36,130 nucleotides of DNA from an uncultured archaeon (GTDB taxonomy: Archaea > Aenigmatarchaeota > Aenigmatarchaeia > CG10238-14), in the NCBI GenBank assembly GCA_964386885.1, contig CAYLUO010000001.1, positions 1-36,130 on the forward strand, read 5' to 3'. Positions 8,553-16,711 of the stretch are shown one piece after another. The position numbers and the translations under genes are program-made. Under the pieces are notes generated by a model. That model saw only the letters and a list, made by a program, of their open reading frames with translations. It had not been told where the DNA came from and ran no database searches. The stretch's first letter is position 1, and every line of letters starts with the position of its first letter.

Positions 8553-10262
8553 ATGAACATTTTAGATAAAATAAAACAAGATTTAGAAAAAGATTTGAAA
8601 AAAGTAAATTTGCTTAAACAGGAAAATATTCAAGAAACGCTAAGAAAACCACCACAACCAAGTTTTGGTGATCTTTCAACAGGCATTTGTTTCAAATTAG
8701 CAAAAAAATTAAAAAAACCTCCAAATCAAATAGCAGAAGATATTTCAAAAAAAATCAAATTATCAAAGAAAATTTCCATCAAGAAAATTGAAGTAAAAAA
8801 CGGATATATCAATTTCTTTTTTGATTATGAAAAATTAGCTGAATTGACTTTAAAAGCAATTTTGAAACAAAAAGAAAAATATGGATTTTCTGAAAAGAAA
8901 AAAGAAAAAATAATGGTAGAATTTTCTCAACCAAATACAAACAAACCAATGCATATTGGTCATGCAAGAAATACTTTCCTGGGAGATAGTCTTTCAAAAA
9001 TTCTAGATTTTGATGGTTATAAAATAATACGAGCAAATTATCAGGGAGATACAGGATTGCATATAGCAAAAGTAATCTTGATGTATAAAATGTTTGGAAA
9101 AAATAAGAAACCAGATATAAAGCCAGATCATTTTGTTGGTAATTTATATTCAAGATTTGAAAAAGAAGTAAATAAAAATCCAGAACTAAAAGATGAGGCA
9201 AAAAAAATATTAAGAAAATGTGAGGAAGAAGATAAAGAAATTATTAAAACATGGAAAAAATTAAGAGAATGGTCGCTCAAAGGATTGAATGAAACTTATA
9301 GAAGATTAAAAATAAAATTTGATGTTGACTTTTTTGAAAGCGAATTTGAAAAAGCTGGAAAAGAATATGTGAAAAAACTCCTTAAGAAAAAAATAGCACA
9401 TAAATTAAAAGACGGTGCAATTGTTGCAGATTTAGAAAAACATGGATTACCATCAACTATAATTCTAAGAGCAGATGGAACAGCACTTTATTACACAAAA
9501 GATTTAGCACTAGGAATCAAAAAATTTGAAGAATATAATATAGATAAATCAATTTATGTAGTTGGTTCTGAACAAAAAATGTATCTAAAACAAATTTTCA
9601 AAATGTTAGAATTATTAGGTTACAAAAAAGCAAAGCAATGCTATCATTTACCATATGGTTTAGTAATGTTACCAGAAGGAAAAATGTCTGCCAGAAAAGG
9701 AAATGTTGTCTTATTAGATAATCTTCTAAATGAATTGAAACATTTAGCTTATAAAAAAGTTGAAAAAAATAACCCGAAACTTTCTGTTAGAGAAAAAAAT
9801 ATAATTTCAGAAAAAATTGCTATTGGTGCATTAAAATATGCATTAGTGAAAATATCTCCAGAAAGAAATATTTTATTTAATAAAAAAGAAGTAATAAAAC
9901 TAGAAGGAAATACTGGACCTTATTTACAATATTCAAATGTAAGAATGAATAGTATTCTAAAAAAAGCTAAAAAATGGAAGCAAGAGTTTGAGAATAAAAA
10001 TCTAACAAAACAAGAGAAAAAATTAATAAACAAATTAATTGAATTTCCAACTATAGTAGAAAAAGCATCAAATGATTATAGACCACATTATATTTGCAAT
10101 TATATTTATGACTTGTCAACAATTTTTAATGAATTTTATCATACATGCCCAGTTATAAAATCAAAACAGAAAAATTTCAGATTAACTCTAACAAAAGCAA
10201 CAGGAATTGTAATTGAAAATGGATTAAATCTTTTAGGAATTGAAGTTCCTAATAAAATGTAA
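8553..10262 (+). CDS. argS: Arginine--tRNA ligase
   Basis: Class I HIGH motif (PMHIGHARN), GKMSARKGNVV, and a C-terminal DALR anticodon-binding region. The ORF track starts at TTG 8541; the first ATG is at 8553 (MNILDK). Confidence 0.95.
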   Translation: MNILDKIKQDLEKDLKKVNLLKQENIQETLRKPPQPSFGDLSTGICFKLAKKLKKPPNQIAEDISKKIKLSKKISIKKIEVKNGYINFFFDYEKLAELTLKAILKQKEKYGFSEKKKEKIMVEFSQPNTNKPMHIGHARNTFLGDSLSKILDFDGYKIIRANYQGDTGLHIAKVILMYKMFGKNKKPDIKPDHFVGNLYSRFEKEVNKNPELKDEAKKILRKCEEEDKEIIKTWKKLREWSLKGLNETYRRLKIKFDVDFFESEFEKAGKEYVKKLLKKKIAHKLKDGAIVADLEKHGLPSTIILRADGTALYYTKDLALGIKKFEEYNIDKSIYVVGSEQKMYLKQIFKMLELLGYKKAKQCYHLPYGLVMLPEGKMSARKGNVVLLDNLLNELKHLAYKKVEKNNPKLSVREKNIISEKIAIGALKYALVKISPERNILFNKKEVIKLEGNTGPYLQYSNVRMNSILKKAKKWKQEFENKNLTKQEKKLINKLIEFPTIVEKASNDYRPHYICNYIYDLSTIFNEFYHTCPVIKSKQKNFRLTLTKATGIVIENGLNLLGIEVPNKM

Positions 10263-10274
10263 AAAGTAATTTTT

Positions 10275-11213
10275 ATGACATCATTAATAAACTTTGCTAA
10301 AAAAATAGATGATCCAATTAAGCCTTTTGGAAAACTTGATGTTCTTTTACTCTATGCAATTGTTGGAGAAAAACTTAAAAAATATCTAAAAGGCAGAGAA
10401 TTAGCAAGTAAGATTTGGTTGCCGTCTGGAAATATTCCATACTTGATCAAAAGAGGATCAAAATTAGAACCACTTTCTGCAGACGAATTAGTAAAAGCAG
10501 TCACTCCTGAATTTTTAGAAATAAGAAGCAAAAAAGAAAATTTATCATTTGCTGAAAAAGATATAACTGATTTACAAAAAAAGATTTGGCAATATTTTTT
10601 TCCAAGAAAATTAGCAGACTTTTTCTATGCAACTAATTGTGAAGGAGTTAATAAATCAATAGATAGAATATTTTTTGATCTAGATAGAGGAAAAGAGATA
10701 TCTCCAAAACAGTCTCAAGAAGCAACAAGACTTTTTGTTGAAACTATTGAACAAGATAAAAAACTAAATGATTTATTAGGAAATGTAAAGCCATTCATTT
10801 ATTGGACTGGAAGTTCTTTTCATGTAATTATTTCTCTTGATAAAAAGGAACCAAACTCATTCTATGGAAAATATTTTCAATATTCAAAACATGATCCAAA
10901 ATCAAGTTTCACAGGAAGATGGTCTGATGAAGTAAACAAACAAACTAAATTTGAGGTCATTGGTGGCCATGATAAAAAACCAAATACAATTAATATAGAT
11001 CCATCACAAACACCATCAGGTAAACTTTGTAGAATACCTTTAGGTTCGTTGCATATGAAAGATGCAAAAACAATAGATGGTATATCAATTCCATTAACAA
11101 AAAAATTACTTGGAAAAAATAATCTTGTTGAAGATTTAAAAAAATATCGAGCAAAATATGTGATAGAAAATTTAACTGAATTAACTAATAGATTACCAAA
11201 AAAATTCAGATAA
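10275..11213 (+). CDS. Archaeo-eukaryotic primase (AEP) superfamily protein, PriS- or LigD-Pol-like
   Basis: 312 aa. Motif I DxD is IFFDLDRG. The motif II analogue is YWTGSSFHVII (SGxxGxH-like). The motif III analogue is NIDPSQTPSGKLCRIPLGSLHMKD (compare D...RLxRxPxSxH). No Cys zinc knuckle is seen. Confidence 0.45.
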   Translation: MTSLINFAKKIDDPIKPFGKLDVLLLYAIVGEKLKKYLKGRELASKIWLPSGNIPYLIKRGSKLEPLSADELVKAVTPEFLEIRSKKENLSFAEKDITDLQKKIWQYFFPRKLADFFYATNCEGVNKSIDRIFFDLDRGKEISPKQSQEATRLFVETIEQDKKLNDLLGNVKPFIYWTGSSFHVIISLDKKEPNSFYGKYFQYSKHDPKSSFTGRWSDEVNKQTKFEVIGGHDKKPNTINIDPSQTPSGKLCRIPLGSLHMKDAKTIDGISIPLTKKLLGKNNLVEDLKKYRAKYVIENLTELTNRLPKKFR

Positions 11214-12527
11214 TCAAATTCCTAATAATTCTACGAAAAATAAAATAATCAATATAATTGGAATCACAAATTTAACCAAATAAATCATTAAAGAATATTT
11301 AACAAAATCAATAATGAAATTAAATATATTCTTAATTGTTAAATGTCTGTAATCTAATTTTTCTTCTTTTTCAACTTCTCTCATTAAAAATTCAGGTTTC
11401 CAAAACCAACCTATTACTATACAAGTTATAGCTGCTGATAAACTTATGAATAAAGTTCCAAAAATGAAGTCCAGAGATTCTAGGGAAAATATACTAAACA
11501 CTACCAATGATCCGATTGCAAATAATCCTAAAGTTGAAAATATAGTTGACCTAGTTCTGCTTACTTTTAATTCATCAGTGAGATTTCTTACAATTAATTC
11601 AAACATAGAAACTGATGATGTGATAGCAGCAAAAAATAATAACATGAAAAATGCGATTCCAAATAACCAGCCATAACTCATTGCTTCAAATATTTTCGGA
11701 AGTGTTATAAAAGCCAATCCTGGGCCCTGATCAGGGTCAACGCCAAATGAAAAAACAATTGAGAATATTAAAAGTGCACCCAGCAAAGCAATTAAAGTAT
11801 CAGCTGCAGCAATCAGACCTGTTGATCTATAGATATCTTCTTTTTTCGAAACATAACTACCATATGTCATAAGAATACCATAACCAGCTGACAAAGAAAA
11901 TAATGCCTGGCCACAAGCAAATACCCAAGTCTTTGGAGTAATAAATCTCACAAGATCTGGTTTCATATAAAATTTTATTCCTTCTATAGCATTTGGCAAA
12001 GTCAATGCTTTTGCTAATAAAATAATTATAAGAATAAAAAGAAACGGAACTGTATATCTACAGAATTTTTCTATCCCTTTTTTTATTCCAGCTTTTACAA
12101 TAACAGCAGTTGCAATAAGACTAGTAGTAAAGAAAAATAAAGGAAGTTTACTTGATGAAAAAGTACTAAATTGAATAAAATTCCTGAATAGATAAAATAC
12201 AAAATAAGCCAATGACCATCCAGTTACTACAAGATAATATCCTAGAATAACAAATCCAGTTACTAAAGGTAGAATTGCCAGCCATTTAATTTTTTCTTTA
12301 ATATTTTTGAATACAGTCATTATTGATCCACGAAAATGTTTTCCAGATCCGATTTCTAAAAGCATGACAGGAATTCCAAAAATTAGAACAGTAATAAGAT
12401 AAGCCAGAATAAAACTACCACCGCCATTCTCTCCAACTATATAAGGAAATCTCCATATATTACCTAAACCAACCGCTGAACCAATTGACGCAAGAATAAA
12501 TCCAAGTTTTCCCCATCTTTCTCTCAT
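11214..12527 (-). CDS. Neurotransmitter:sodium symporter (NSS/SNF) family transporter
   Basis: 437 aa and polytopic. The NSS signature RERWGKLGFILASIGSAVGLGNIWRFPY is at the N-terminus. Confidence 0.9.
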   Translation of the reverse strand: MRERWGKLGFILASIGSAVGLGNIWRFPYIVGENGGGSFILAYLITVLIFGIPVMLLEIGSGKHFRGSIMTVFKNIKEKIKWLAILPLVTGFVILGYYLVVTGWSLAYFVFYLFRNFIQFSTFSSSKLPLFFFTTSLIATAVIVKAGIKKGIEKFCRYTVPFLFILIIILLAKALTLPNAIEGIKFYMKPDLVRFITPKTWVFACGQALFSLSAGYGILMTYGSYVSKKEDIYRSTGLIAAADTLIALLGALLIFSIVFSFGVDPDQGPGLAFITLPKIFEAMSYGWLFGIAFFMLLFFAAITSSVSMFELIVRNLTDELKVSRTRSTIFSTLGLFAIGSLVVFSIFSLESLDFIFGTLFISLSAAITCIVIGWFWKPEFLMREVEKEEKLDYRHLTIKNIFNFIIDFVKYSLMIYLVKFVIPIILIILFFVELLGI

Positions 12528-12578
12528 ACATATTTATTGGATTTTGAATGGATTATTTTTTTCTATTTGAAACTTAAT

Positions 12579-12590
12579 AAAACTTTAATC
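12579..12590 (+). promoter_or_regulatory. Putative BRE/TATA element (AAAACTTTAATC) for the permease/Fe-S gene cluster
   Basis: Identical 12-mer to 136..147. The TTTAAT core starts 27 nt upstream of the ATG at 12611. Confidence 0.4.
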
Positions 12591-12610
12591 GAATATAATA
12601 TCTGATAGCA

Positions 12611-13033
12611 ATGAATCAGAATTTTAAACAATCAATAATCAAATCTTGGAGAGCAATTTATAGACTATTACCAATATTAATTGGAGTAATTTTGCTAATT
12701 AGTTTAGTCAATGCTATAATACCAAAAACATATTATGCAAGATTATTTGGTAAAAATATAATTCTAGATTCTATTATAGGTGGTGGATTAGGAAGTATTA
12801 TGGCTGGAAATCCAGTTACAAGTTATATCCTAGGTGGAGAATTTCTAAAGCAAGGAATTAGTCTTGTAGCAGTAACTGCATTTATAGTTGCATGGGTTAC
12901 TGTGGGTATGGTTCAGTTACCAGCAGAATCATTAATACTGGGTAAAAGATTTGCTATTATAAGAAATCTATTGAGTTTTGTCTTTTCCATTATAGTTGCA
13001 ATAACAACAGTTTTCATACTGGGATTAATATGA
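12611..13033 (+). CDS. Predicted permease, N-terminal half (COG0701/DUF318-like two-component permease)
   Basis: 140 aa with about 4 TM helices and GGGLGSIMAGNPVTSYILGGEF. It overlaps the next gene by 4 nt (ATGA). The family assignment is from memory of split permease pairs. Confidence 0.6.
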   Translation: MNQNFKQSIIKSWRAIYRLLPILIGVILLISLVNAIIPKTYYARLFGKNIILDSIIGGGLGSIMAGNPVTSYILGGEFLKQGISLVAVTAFIVAWVTVGMVQLPAESLILGKRFAIIRNLLSFVFSIIVAITTVFILGLI

Positions 13034-13530
13034 AAAAAAGCGAACAAAGTTACACAGGTTATTATTTTTTGATAGCTGTAGTTATATTTTATCTAATAGT
13101 ATTTTTTATTAGTCCAGGAAAAATATCAGAATCTTTAAATTTTACAACAAATATATTCAAACAAATAATTCCGATTTTTATTCTTGTTTTTGGATTGATG
13201 ATAGTAATTAATTATTTTGTTACAACACAAAGAATAAGTAAATATATTGGTGAAGAAGCTGGAATTAAAAAATGGATTATTGCAGTAGTTGGAGGAATGG
13301 TTTCAACAGGACCAATTTATATGTGGTATCCTATACTCAAAGAATTAAGAAATAAAGGAGTAAAAAATGGATTTATTGCAACTTTTCTTTATAACAGAGC
13401 TATCAAGCCACCATTGATTCCTATGATTATATATTATTTTGGAATTCAATTTACAGTCGTGCTTACTATAATAATGATTATAAGTTCTATTATACAAGGT
13501 CTAATTATTGAAAGAGGTGTTAAAATATGA
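13030..13530 (+). CDS. Predicted permease, C-terminal half (COG0701/DUF318-like)
   Basis: 166 aa with about 4-5 TM helices and GGMVSTGPIYMWYP. Translationally coupled on both sides (4-nt overlaps). Confidence 0.6.
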   Translation: MKKSEQSYTGYYFLIAVVIFYLIVFFISPGKISESLNFTTNIFKQIIPIFILVFGLMIVINYFVTTQRISKYIGEEAGIKKWIIAVVGGMVSTGPIYMWYPILKELRNKGVKNGFIATFLYNRAIKPPLIPMIIYYFGIQFTVVLTIIMIISSIIQGLIIERGVKI

Positions 13531-13904
13531 GAGTAGCAATAAGTTCAACCGGAAAAAATTTAGAAAATGAAATTGACACAAGATTTGGTAGATGTCATTA
13601 TTTTTTTATTGTAGAAGTTGAAAAAAAAGAAATAAAAAATGCAAGAGCAATTGAAAATACTGCTATGATGCAAGGAGGCGGCGCAGGAATAACCGCGGCT
13701 CAGATAGTGGGTAATGAAAGTGTTAATGCAGTCATAGGAATTAATTTTGGACCAAGGGCTTTTGGTGTTTTAAGACAATTAGAAATTGAAATGTATCAAG
13801 GAGTTCAAGGAACCGTTAAAAAAAATGTACAGCTGTATATTGAAGGAAAGCTAACAAAATTGACAGGAGCTACAGGTCCTATGGGTATGGAACCTAAACA
13901 ATGA
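13527..13904 (+). CDS. NifX/NifB-C-terminal-like (dinitrogenase iron-molybdenum cofactor family, COG1433) protein
   Basis: 125 aa. MRVAISSTG...FGRCHYFFIVEV...GGGAG...AVIGINFGPRAF matches the family pattern (MKIA.ps.g...HFG.a..F.i.d...G.G.G...vi....G..a). Confidence 0.8.
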   Translation: MRVAISSTGKNLENEIDTRFGRCHYFFIVEVEKKEIKNARAIENTAMMQGGGAGITAAQIVGNESVNAVIGINFGPRAFGVLRQLEIEMYQGVQGTVKKNVQLYIEGKLTKLTGATGPMGMEPKQ

Positions 13905-13948
13905 GATAGTATGGACGCAGGTAGATAAAAAAATACGGAGAAGAACAA

Positions 13949-14239
13949 ATGGTTTTTGCTAAAGAAATAAAAAGTATCTTAAAAAATGCAATGCATCCAG
14001 AATTAAATATAAGTCTAATTGATTTGGCGATGATTAGAGATGTGACAGTGAAGGATACTAAAGTCATAGTTACTTTAACTGTGCCTTTTTTACATGTTCC
14101 AATTAAGGATGATTTGATTAAGATAGTTAAAGACACCATAAAGAAAGAGAAAGATATAGAAATTGAAGTAGTAGTAAAAGAAATGGATGAGAATGAAAAG
14201 AAAATATTTGGAACTATGGTTAAAAAGATTAGGGAGTAA
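13949..14239 (+). CDS. DUF59/MIP18-family (SufT-like) Fe-S assembly-associated protein
   Basis: 96 aa. IKSILKNAMHPELNISLIDLAMIRDVTV..VIVTLTVPF fits the DUF59 core (DPEl..niVdLGlv). The protein contains no Cys at all. Confidence 0.75.
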   Translation: MVFAKEIKSILKNAMHPELNISLIDLAMIRDVTVKDTKVIVTLTVPFLHVPIKDDLIKIVKDTIKKEKDIEIEVVVKEMDENEKKIFGTMVKKIRE

Positions 14240-14273
14240 GAATTTAACATTTTAAAAATGAAAATTGCTAAAA

Positions 14274-15110
14274 ATGAGAATTGCAATAACTGGAGGAAAA
14301 GGTGGAACAGGTAAAAGTGTTGTAGCCACAGCTTTAGCAGCGTATTTTTCTCAGAATAAAAAAGTTTTGTTAATGGATCTTGATGCTGACTGCCCTAATG
14401 ATCATCTAATCTTGTCTATTGAACGTAAAAAGGAAAAAAATGTTTATGTAATGATTCCAGATTTTGATTTTAGCAAGTGTATTAAGTGTGGTAGGTGCAG
14501 CCAAGTTTGTATGAATAATGCGATTGTTTCTGTTAAAGGAAAAAACCCGATTCTTATTCCAGAACAGTGTAATGGTTGTGGTGCTTGTGCTATTGCTTGC
14601 CCTGTTAAGTGTATTGGTGAAAGCCAAAAAACAATTGGAACAATTTATTCAGGTAAAAAAAATAATATTGAATTGATATCCAGTGATTTAAAACCAGGAG
14701 AGTCTTTGTCAGAATTTGTTGTTAATGCTGCTAAGAAATTTGCAGAGCCAAAAGAAAAGGATTATGATATTATTTTGATTGATACTTCTGCAGGCACTCA
14801 TTGCGATGTTATTTCTGCAGTCAGCGGTTGTGATTTGGCATTAGCTGTTACAGAACCAACACCCTTAGGCGCTCACGATTTAAGACTTATATTAGAATTA
14901 TTAAAAATTTTAAAAGTTCCTGTTAAGATTGTCCTTAATAAATCAACTGTAGGAGATAAAAAACTTATACTTAAGATTGCAGAAGAATATGATACAGAAA
15001 TAATCACTGAAATTCCTTATGAAAAATCTATTGTTAAGGCTTATTCAAAAGGAGAACCTATAAAACACAAAAGTATTGAGAAGATTGCAGAGTTTTTGGG
15101 GAGAAAATGA
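14274..15110 (+). CDS. MinD/ParA-type P-loop ATPase with an inserted 2x[4Fe-4S] ferredoxin domain (COG1149)
   Basis: Deviant Walker A GGKGGTGKS. Two ferredoxin motifs: CIKCGRCSQVC and CNGCGACAIACP. Walker B is ILIDTSAGTHC. The ORF track starts at TTG 14265; the ATG is at 14274 (MRIAITGG). Confidence 0.85.
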   Translation: MRIAITGGKGGTGKSVVATALAAYFSQNKKVLLMDLDADCPNDHLILSIERKKEKNVYVMIPDFDFSKCIKCGRCSQVCMNNAIVSVKGKNPILIPEQCNGCGACAIACPVKCIGESQKTIGTIYSGKKNNIELISSDLKPGESLSEFVVNAAKKFAEPKEKDYDIILIDTSAGTHCDVISAVSGCDLALAVTEPTPLGAHDLRLILELLKILKVPVKIVLNKSTVGDKKLILKIAEEYDTEIITEIPYEKSIVKAYSKGEPIKHKSIEKIAEFLGRK

Positions 15111-15994
15111 AAAGAATAACCATACTTTCAGGCAAAGGAGGAACAGGAAAAAGCACTATGTGCTCTTCTTTAGCAGTGCTATTATCTCGAACTAAGAAAA
15201 TTGTTGCTGTTGATTGTGATGTTGATGCTCCTGATCTTGGTCTTTGCCTTGGAGTAAAAGATAAAGATTATCAATGGAATCCTGTTGAAACTAGCTATAA
15301 AGCAGAATTAATAGAAAAAAAGTGCATCCATTGTGGAAAGTGCCGAAACATTTGTAAATTTGGTGCTATTTCTTGGGATAACGAAAAAAAACAGCCTATA
15401 TTTAATAAGTTGCTGTGCGAGGGTTGTGGTTCCTGTAAACTGATTTGTCCTGTTAATGCCATTAAGCTTGTTAAAGTTGAGAATGGAAAAATTGGTCAGG
15501 TCAAATCCAAATATGGTTTTAACATAATTACTGGACAGCTAAAAATAGGTGAATCTGGCTCTGGCAAAATTATTATTCTTATTAAAAATAAAGCAGAAGA
15601 AGTTGCTCATAAAGAGAATGCAGAAATCATTCTTATCGATTCTGCAGCAGGTATTGGTTGTCCTGTTATTGCTTCTGTTAATGGTTCTGATTTTGTGATT
15701 GCTGTAACTGAACCAACGCCAAGTGCTTTAAGTGATTTGAAAAAAGGTTTAAAGGTTGTTGAGCATTTCAGGATTCCCTATGGACTTGTTATTAATAAGT
15801 TTGATATAAATGAAGAATTTAGTAAAAAAATTGAAAAATTTGCTAAAGAAAATAATATTCACTTACTTGGAAAAATTCCATATAACAAAGAGTTTGTTAA
15901 TGCTTTGGTTAATTTAACTCCAGCTGTTGTTTGGAATAAAAAGTTTGAGCCTATATTTGAAAAAATAATTAAGAAAATAAAATATTTTGCCTAG
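15107..15994 (+). CDS. MinD/ParA-type P-loop ATPase with an inserted 2x[4Fe-4S] ferredoxin domain (COG1149), paralog
   Basis: 295 aa. Deviant Walker A SGKGGTGKS, ferredoxin motifs CIHCGKCRNIC and CEGCGSCKLICP, and LIDSAAGIGCPV. It overlaps the previous paralog by 4 nt (ATGA). Confidence 0.85.
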   Translation: MKRITILSGKGGTGKSTMCSSLAVLLSRTKKIVAVDCDVDAPDLGLCLGVKDKDYQWNPVETSYKAELIEKKCIHCGKCRNICKFGAISWDNEKKQPIFNKLLCEGCGSCKLICPVNAIKLVKVENGKIGQVKSKYGFNIITGQLKIGESGSGKIIILIKNKAEEVAHKENAEIILIDSAAGIGCPVIASVNGSDFVIAVTEPTPSALSDLKKGLKVVEHFRIPYGLVINKFDINEEFSKKIEKFAKENNIHLLGKIPYNKEFVNALVNLTPAVVWNKKFEPIFEKIIKKIKYFA

Positions 15995-16015
15995 AGAATT
16001 GTATCTTGAAAAAAT

Positions 16016-16711
16016 TTAAGCCTTTTTCTGTATATAAATTTCATTAAAAAATTCTTTTTGTTCAGTTCTAACTTTTCCTCTACTTGCTAAATATAATAAA
16101 GGCAAAAAATTTCCAATTATATTTTCTCTTTCCCATTCGTGTACTATTTTAGAAAATCCAACTTTTTCAGATTTTAATTTTAATAAAAACGAATCTATTT
16201 CTGACATAAGATTATTTATTCTGATTTCAATATCTATCTCATCTGTTGCCAAATTATTTCTTAGTTTTCTTCCTAGTCTATTTCTTATTGTTTCTTTTTT
16301 TTCTTTTACTCTCATTGCTTTGCTTAATGCGTCTACTAATTCATCTAAAGTAACTTTTCTTTTTGGTCTTCTTTTTATAGGACTTTGTAAATCAAGATTA
16401 GCAGTTTGTTCTTTTAGTCTTGCTAGTTCTTCATCAAACTCTTGTCCATAAAATCCTGAACCAGTAGATTTTTCAAACGGAGAAAATATTTCACATTTTA
16501 ATTTCAAAAGTATAGCAGCTACCACTACAACTTTTGCAGGAATTCTAAAATCAAGAAGTTTTAATTTTTCTATATATTTTAAAAAAGAATCAGTAAGTTT
16601 TGTTATATCAATGTCCCAAGGATCAAGATTTTCTAAATTAACAATAGAATAAATCATATCTTCCCATGATTGTTTTTCTATTATCATTTTTAATAAATTT
16701 TCTTCTTGCAT
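16016..16711 (-). CDS. scpA: Segregation and condensation protein A (kleisin)
   Basis: 231 aa. The N-terminal DPWDIDITKLTDSFLKYI and a C-terminal winged-helix-like region resemble ScpA. Its ATG directly follows the smc stop codon. Confidence 0.8.
   Translation of the reverse strand: MQEENLLKMIIEKQSWEDMIYSIVNLENLDPWDIDITKLTDSFLKYIEKLKLLDFRIPAKVVVVAAILLKLKCEIFSPFEKSTGSGFYGQEFDEELARLKEQTANLDLQSPIKRRPKRKVTLDELVDALSKAMRVKEKKETIRNRLGRKLRNNLATDEIDIEIRINNLMSEIDSFLLKLKSEKVGFSKIVHEWERENIIGNFLPLLYLASRGKVRTEQKEFFNEIYIQKKA

Noticed and set aside
8159-9201. ORFs antisense to dys (102 aa, plus strand) and argS (130 aa, minus strand)
   Set aside because: Both lie inside genes with strong family motifs and are shadow ORFs.
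13894-14286. 130-aa minus-strand ORF overlapping the DUF59 gene
   Set aside because: It is low-complexity Ile/Phe/Ser-rich and antisense to a plus-strand ORF with a recognisable DUF59 core. It would also break the co-directional operon. This is a typical shadow ORF in AT-rich DNA.
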